Below, in pieces: positions 59,440 to 64,000 of a stretch of 64,000 nucleotides of DNA; the first letter of the stretch is position 1; every line of letters starts with the position of its first letter. The notes below the pieces were generated by a model, which did not search any database, had not been told where the DNA came from, and worked only from the letters and a program-made list of their open reading frames with translations. The stretch spans positions 4,048 through 68,047 of the forward strand of contig CAYTRS010000002.1 of the NCBI GenBank assembly GCA_964440305.1, in the 5' to 3' direction. A program made the position numbers and the translations under genes. This DNA is from an uncultured Bdellovibrionales bacterium. Lineage in GTDB: Bacteria > Patescibacteriota > Minisyncoccia > Moranbacterales > JAKLHP01.

Positions 59440-59962
59440 CTATTGCCAATCCCAATTCCTCTTCTTCCGCAGTCGGCGGCTTTTGCTCTTCTTCCTTGAT
59501 GCTCAATTCATGTTTGCCGAGGGACTCGCCCATCTCGGTGCGGAACATTTCCCATAGCTTTTTTATCTCATCCACCGTCGACCCCTCTCCCTTTTTTATC
59601 TGTTTTTTGAGAACCTGCAATTTTTCCCAAAATATCTCAGCAATAACACCAACTTTCTTCTGTTTAATTTCCTGGGCCTTTTTATGAAGACTCTCCAAAT
59701 CTTCGGTTAGTTTCAGGTCTTTTCGTTCGACCCAGCGAAATTTTGAAGACCATTCGGCAATAGTTCTGAGTGTCGGCGGAGCTCCTAATCGCCCCCTGAG
59801 ACCGGCCATTTCCGATGAAGAGTCAATGAAGCCTTGATGAAGTCCTTCCCACATGCGGTGGAGCTTCTCCAAGCTCCCTGATTCGCAATACAAAAGCCAG
59901 GCAGTGTATTGCTGTTCTGTCTCTTTCGGCATTTTGGAGGTTGTAAGAATTGGCTTGCTCAT
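59390..59962 (-). CDS. terS: Putative terminase small subunit
   Basis: ETEQQYTAWLLY and TIAEWSSKFRWVER HTH-like motifs; overlaps the TerL start. Confidence 0.7.
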   Translation of the reverse strand: MSKPILTTSKMPKETEQQYTAWLLYCESGSLEKLHRMWEGLHQGFIDSSSEMAGLRGRLGAPPTLRTIAEWSSKFRWVERKDLKLTEDLESLHKKAQEIKQKKVGVIAEIFWEKLQVLKKQIKKGEGSTVDEIKKLWEMFRTEMGESLGKHELSIKEEEQKPPTAEEEELGLAIDETIKDFYGRKGKTKK

Positions 59963-60028
59963 AATCGACCGGAGACCATGGTGAACCCTGGTGAAAATTA
60001 ACCAGAGGTCATAGTGAACCCGGGTGCT

Positions 60029-61300
60029 TTAGTTTTTTATTTTGACTTTTTCCCAACGCTTTCTGATCACATCGCACCAGCGCGGATCCAGCTCCAACAG
60101 ATAGCATGTTCGACCCAATTTATTGGCGGCAAAAAGCGTGCTGCCCGATCCGCCGAAAAAATCGACGACAGTGTTTCCGACCCGACTGGAATTTTTGATG
60201 GCTCGCATGATGAGCCACTCCGGTTTTTCGGTCGGATGCGCCATCTTGGTGACAGCCTTTCTCGGCATATCCCATACGTCGCTTTCGTTGTTGTCTCCAT
60301 AGAAATAATGTCGCTCTCCCTTTTTCCAGCCGTACATAATCGGCTGAGCTTTCGTTTTGCTTTTGCTTCTTTTAGCCTTCATGATTTGCTCGTATTGCTT
60401 CTTGTAGTCGCCCCAGCCGATGGAAAAAGACGGTTTCACCCATACGAGTGTCGATGAAAATTCAAAACCTGAATTGAGCATCTCGTAGTACCACAGAGAA
60501 TAACTGGTATAGCCGGTGCAGACATAAATCACTGCGCCCGGCTTCAGAATTTCATGATAATTTTCAAACACCTTTTTGCTGAATGCCTCGAAATCTTCCT
60601 GACTTTGCTGATCGCCAAGAATCCTGCCCTGCTCGGTCGGAAATTTTCCTTTCTTTTCATGACTGATGTGATCCACATTGTATGGCGGATCGGTAAAGAC
60701 CATATCGGCTTTTACCTCCCCCATTAGTTTTTTTACATCTTCGATTTTCGTCGCGTCTCCGCACATGAGACGATGCTTTCCGAGTTTATAAATTTCGCCA
60801 TACTTCGATTCCGGCTTTTTTATTTCCTCGTATTCTTCTTCGACAGTTTTCTCCTCTTCATCAAGCTCATCAAGTATCCGACTGTCAAGAAGATTGCTGA
60901 TTTCCACTTCATTGAAACCGGTAACCGAAAGATCAAAATCTGAATGGTTAAGTTCCACCATGAGATCGGCCAACTTCTCATCATTCCAATCTCGCCGCTC
61001 GGCAATCTTATTCAAGGCTAGACTCAGCGCCTTTTCTTCTTCTTCAGGCAAATCCACCAAATCCACATTTTCCTTCGGTATCGTTTCCCAGCCCAACTCC
61101 TTGAGAACCATGACGGTCATATTACCGCCAATAATGAATCCTGTGCGGTTTTTATGAGCATTGACCGTTATCAATCCTCGGAGTCCGAATCTTTCGACTG
61201 ATTTCTTCAATGCATCTATATCTTCTTGTTTGATATCCCGCGGATTGTAAGGCGGATGTTTGAGATCAGATATTTTTATTGTTTTCGTATTTTTATCCAT
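60029..61300 (-). CDS. ParB-like N-terminus fused to N6/N4 DNA methyltransferase
   Basis: PYNPR, SVERFG, HRLMCGD, TDPPYN, HPTEKP, DFFGGSGST. Confidence 0.92.
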   Translation of the reverse strand: MDKNTKTIKISDLKHPPYNPRDIKQEDIDALKKSVERFGLRGLITVNAHKNRTGFIIGGNMTVMVLKELGWETIPKENVDLVDLPEEEEKALSLALNKIAERRDWNDEKLADLMVELNHSDFDLSVTGFNEVEISNLLDSRILDELDEEEKTVEEEYEEIKKPESKYGEIYKLGKHRLMCGDATKIEDVKKLMGEVKADMVFTDPPYNVDHISHEKKGKFPTEQGRILGDQQSQEDFEAFSKKVFENYHEILKPGAVIYVCTGYTSYSLWYYEMLNSGFEFSSTLVWVKPSFSIGWGDYKKQYEQIMKAKRSKSKTKAQPIMYGWKKGERHYFYGDNNESDVWDMPRKAVTKMAHPTEKPEWLIMRAIKNSSRVGNTVVDFFGGSGSTLFAANKLGRTCYLLELDPRWCDVIRKRWEKVKIKN

Positions 61301-61456
61301 AGGCGTGTTAAAAATAATTTAAAACGAATCCTTGTGCGCACCCACTTCGGAAGATCAGTGAATCTTTCCACAATATTTTCTCGCTGGATCAATTCTATGC
61401 GTCTTCTCCGTGCTTCAACCAGCAAGGCAGAAGGGATGCGAATATCTTCCGATGGA

Positions 61457-61753
61457 CTATTCCCCCTTTGAGGAAGGATCTTCCTTCGGTAAAATTTTGG
61501 TTCTGACATATTCTTCTTCAATTAATTTTTTTGTTGTTAGGATGGCGTGTTCGACTTTTTCGGTTCGCTCGTTATATTCTGCCACCATTTCCTTCTTGGT
61601 TTTTTGACCGTCTAAATTGAATGGAGTCAAACGAGGAATCACCACGTCATCATCTTCGCGGTCTTCAAGATTGCGAATCGCAATTTCCAACCGCAACATT
61701 TCTTCCAATAGCGAGTCGTGAATCGACTCTAAAATTTCAAGTCTGGTTTTCAT
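61457..61753 (-). CDS. Hypothetical coiled-coil phage protein
   Basis: 98 aa; start overlaps the upstream stop codon. Confidence 0.6.
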   Translation of the reverse strand: MKTRLEILESIHDSLLEEMLRLEIAIRNLEDREDDDVVIPRLTPFNLDGQKTKKEMVAEYNERTEKVEHAILTTKKLIEEEYVRTKILPKEDPSSKGE

Positions 61754-62055
61754 ATTGTTGTAATTTCGAACTTATCTGTTTTCTCATTCCAACGCCAATA
61801 TTCTTTTGATGTATGCGGAGGTCTTGGAAATGCAAACATTCGTTCCTGGTCAGCTCTTGATCGGGAACTGAAGCGCTCCGAACTGACTTGAATAAAACGA
61901 ATTTCTTTTTTCCCCACTGCTACCAAATCCCAACACCCAAAAAGATCCTGCGGTTGAAATTTTGCAACACGGGCTTTTTCGATCCAATAGCCTTCCTGAG
62001 AAATAATATCCTGCGCTTTTTTCTCGATAATTTTTCCTTTTTGAGTTCGATTCAT
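61750..62055 (-). CDS. Small PD-(D/E)XK nuclease (Holliday-junction-resolvase-like)
   Basis: KGKIIEKKA...EGY...DLFGCWDLVAV...FIQV. Confidence 0.7.
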   Translation of the reverse strand: MNRTQKGKIIEKKAQDIISQEGYWIEKARVAKFQPQDLFGCWDLVAVGKKEIRFIQVSSERFSSRSRADQERMFAFPRPPHTSKEYWRWNEKTDKFEITTI

Positions 62056-62120
62056 AATTATTTAATATGGCGGATTTTGTTTTTTTGTCCCGCCCTTAGC
62101 GGCAAGGCCGCCGATGCCTG

Positions 62121-62402
62121 TTAAAGTCCGACTGACGTCGGTCTGGCACTGCGCGGAAGTTCCGGCACGTCAAGCCGAACACTGACTCGAGCTTTGCTTC
62201 TGCGACCGACAAGATTCATGATCGAGCGTATCGCTTTGATAGCGCGTCCGTCTTTCCCGATCACGATTCCCGCATCGCCTTCGCCAAGCTTCACTGAAAG
62301 GAGAACGCCCATCTCATCAACATGCCTTGCTACCTGCACCTGTTCCGGATAAGTAACAATGGCCTGCAAAATCGCCTCCAATAAATTTTGATCTTGTTCC
62401 AT
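62121..62402 (-). CDS. KH-domain RNA-binding protein (KhpA/UPF0109-like)
   Basis: IVTYPEQV, DAGIVIGKDGRAIKAIR (GxxG loop). Confidence 0.88.
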   Translation of the reverse strand: MEQDQNLLEAILQAIVTYPEQVQVARHVDEMGVLLSVKLGEGDAGIVIGKDGRAIKAIRSIMNLVGRRSKARVSVRLDVPELPRSARPTSVGL

Positions 62403-62506
62403 AGCTTTTTTCTTTATGATTTTTTATCTTTTAGCCGCCTGTCGACCGCAGGCAGAAATGTGGATTAGCCACACTTGGAGAGTCAGACTTTCCGATTCCG
62501 AACACC

Positions 62507-63787
62507 TCAGGTGTCGCCAATGCTTTCTTCGGTTTTTCTTATTGCTCTCATAATCTCAATTGCCACTTGCGGGACAATCGCATTTCCGAGAGCCTTCAGT
62601 CTCTCTATCCGATGTCTTGATTTTGACAATTCAAGTCCGTCCAGTTCTGCGGATAGCCCATCATCCACTCCACAAAGTTCGGTTGCAACCTCAAGCCAGG
62701 AGCGTTCCCAACTTTTTCTCTCAAATTTGAACACCCACCTTTTTTTGCCTGATCGCTTCTTTCTTCCGGCTTTCTGATATCGTTCCGCATATCCATCACG
62801 CTCGGAGTGGGAAGCATGGCCAATACATCTTTTACTTTCACACCGAATCTCACTCCTTTTCGATTTACTCTGCTCCATCGTCCGTTTTTCAATTCCGCGT
62901 TCTTTACCGGCGACCCTTCTTTTTCGCTCACTCTCGGTGTCGGAAGCAACGCATTTATCGCTTCCTGAACTTGTTCTCCCATATTGTGTTTTCCCCTGTC
63001 TCTCATCGCCGCTCGACTGTCTTGCGCCTTCGGCGTTCCCAAAAGCTGCGGCCACAAGCGAGTTTTTCTCAAATCGCTCGCCCCTCCCGCCAAAAGCTGT
63101 TCGTAAAGATTGCCGGGCGGAACCGTGTTGCGCCCTGACTTGTTTCTGTTTGCCTGACGCTTCAGATAGCTTTCCGGATTTTTTCTTTCTATCGGCCGTA
63201 TCGCCGACGGCGTGAGCAACAAACCAGATTCGGTCTCTTCGGTGCGGAGCGTTGACGGCGACAGCTGGAATAATAAACGGCTGGATTTCGTAACCGGAAT
63301 TTTCCAGGTCAAGACACACTTGCTCGAATACCATTCCGTTTTGCATAGTAAACAATCCGCGCACATTTTCAGCGATGACCCAGCGCGGTTTTGTAAGGCG
63401 GATGACTCGAAGCATTTCCGGCCAGAGATAGCGGTCGTCATCGGTTCCCCGTCTTTTTCCGGCTTGGGAGAACGGTTGACACGGAAAGCCGCCCGTGAGG
63501 AGGTCAATACATCCCAAATTTCTGGATTGCTCAACACAAAATTCGTTGCTCCTTTTGCTTTCCAACTCTTGCTTGTTTTTCGTTGTATGTGGTCGCTTGC
63601 CGAAGGAGTTGGCAATAGATTTGATTTCTTTGATGTCCTCATATATTTTTGAATTTGGAAATCTTAATTTCAATAATCTCTGGCAGTAGGAATCGTTATC
63701 GCAAAAAACATGTTCCGAATTGGGCCAGACTTCTTCGACTGCCAGAGCGAAGCCGCCGATGCCTGAAAATAAATCAAGATGTTTCAT
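62507..63787 (-). CDS. DNA (cytosine-5) methyltransferase, alpha-type chain lacking motif IX
   Basis: DLFSGIGG, GGFPCQPFS, ENV, APHRRDR, RLKALGNAIVPQ. Confidence 0.92.
   Translation of the reverse strand: MKHLDLFSGIGGFALAVEEVWPNSEHVFCDNDSYCQRLLKLRFPNSKIYEDIKEIKSIANSFGKRPHTTKNKQELESKRSNEFCVEQSRNLGCIDLLTGGFPCQPFSQAGKRRGTDDDRYLWPEMLRVIRLTKPRWVIAENVRGLFTMQNGMVFEQVCLDLENSGYEIQPFIIPAVAVNAPHRRDRIWFVAHAVGDTADRKKKSGKLSEASGKQKQVRAQHGSARQSLRTAFGGRGERFEKNSLVAAAFGNAEGARQSSGDERQGKTQYGRTSSGSDKCVASDTESERKRRVAGKERGIEKRTMEQSKSKRSEIRCESKRCIGHASHSERDGYAERYQKAGRKKRSGKKRWVFKFERKSWERSWLEVATELCGVDDGLSAELDGLELSKSRHRIERLKALGNAIVPQVAIEIMRAIRKTEESIGDT
62605..63642 (-). CDS. Overlapping-frame MTase beta-type subunit (motif IX and target-recognition repeats)
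   Basis: 345-aa ORF inside the MTase gene, same strand, different frame; five L(L)xTP repeats and LQPNFVEWMMGYPQNWT. True start uncertain. Confidence 0.7.
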   Translation of the reverse strand: MRTSKKSNLLPTPSASDHIQRKTSKSWKAKGATNFVLSNPEIWDVLTSSRAAFRVNRSPKPEKDGEPMTTAISGRKCFESSALQNRAGSSLKMCADCLLCKTEWYSSKCVLTWKIPVTKSSRLLFQLSPSTLRTEETESGLLLTPSAIRPIERKNPESYLKRQANRNKSGRNTVPPGNLYEQLLAGGASDLRKTRLWPQLLGTPKAQDSRAAMRDRGKHNMGEQVQEAINALLPTPRVSEKEGSPVKNAELKNGRWSRVNRKGVRFGVKVKDVLAMLPTPSVMDMRNDIRKPEERSDQAKKGGCSNLREKVGNAPGLRLQPNFVEWMMGYPQNWTDLNCQNQDIG

Positions 63788-63799
63788 ATGCTTTTCTTT

Positions 63800-64000
63800 T
63801 TATTTTCGCGAAATACTGAATGATTCCTTCAGCTTCTTGAGCGCCTCGACCATTACGCTCATCGCGTTCGCTTCATTTTCGGTTTTCAGTTTTCTGCCAT
63901 TGCCATACTGCAAAGCAATTCTTTCCAGGTTTCCGTAGAAACCATATTCTCGGGAACTTGCTTTGATGAAATCCCTGATCACTTCTTTGCAAAGCGCCGC
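63800..64000 (-). CDS. Hypothetical phage protein (probably partial)
   Basis: Reading frame ends at 63800 and appears to extend to the right edge. Confidence 0.5.
   Translation of the reverse strand, partial: AALCKEVIRDFIKASSREYGFYGNLERIALQYGNGRKLKTENEANAMSVMVEALKKLKESFSISRK

Larger units (their letters stand above)
57678..64000 (-). mobile_element. Prophage packaging and DNA-modification block, continues beyond the right edge
   Basis: TerL, TerS, ParB-MTase, nuclease and C5 MTase, all co-oriented with the virion block. Confidence 0.85.

Noticed and set aside
59977-60025. Short GTGAACCC repeats upstream of terS as a pac/cos site
   Set aside because: Too short and too few to distinguish from chance.
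61276-61521. 81-aa minus-strand ORF
   Set aside because: Overlaps both neighbours and has no motif, so it cannot be supported.
1-64000. tRNA, rRNA, integrase, transposase or att sites
   Set aside because: None recognised by eye; the element ends lie outside the window.

Overview
The window looks like part of an integrated, podovirus-like prophage. The host is probably CPR/Patescibacteria; this is inferred from the gene repertoire and the AT-rich leaders that mostly lack Shine-Dalgarno sites, and no marker gene confirms it. Two phage blocks lie on the minus strand. The virion operon spans 1-16242 (portal, scaffold, DUF5309-type major capsid, amidase, tail parts and a large LPD38/ADP-ribosyltransferase-like internal protein running off the left edge). 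The packaging/modification block spans 57678-64000 (TerL, TerS, ParB-MTase, KH protein, C5 MTase with an overlapping second subunit). About 41 kb of cargo separates terminase from portal. It includes copper, efflux and glycosyltransferase genes, type I RM, other defence-like modules, and four copies of a 30-67 bp repeat at module borders. The strongest candidate for a new system is at 42748-47042. An OmpR-family regulator is followed by an unannotated 39-aa signal-peptide ORF ending in NPWTDVA, a membrane histidine kinase and a fused terpene-cyclase/prenyltransferase. The promoter of the peptide gene carries three CTTTAC boxes at 11-bp period, and the same promoter layout recurs at two other sites. 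This resembles a ComQXP-like quorum-sensing circuit with a terpenylated peptide. All family calls come from reading motifs by eye; no database searches were run.
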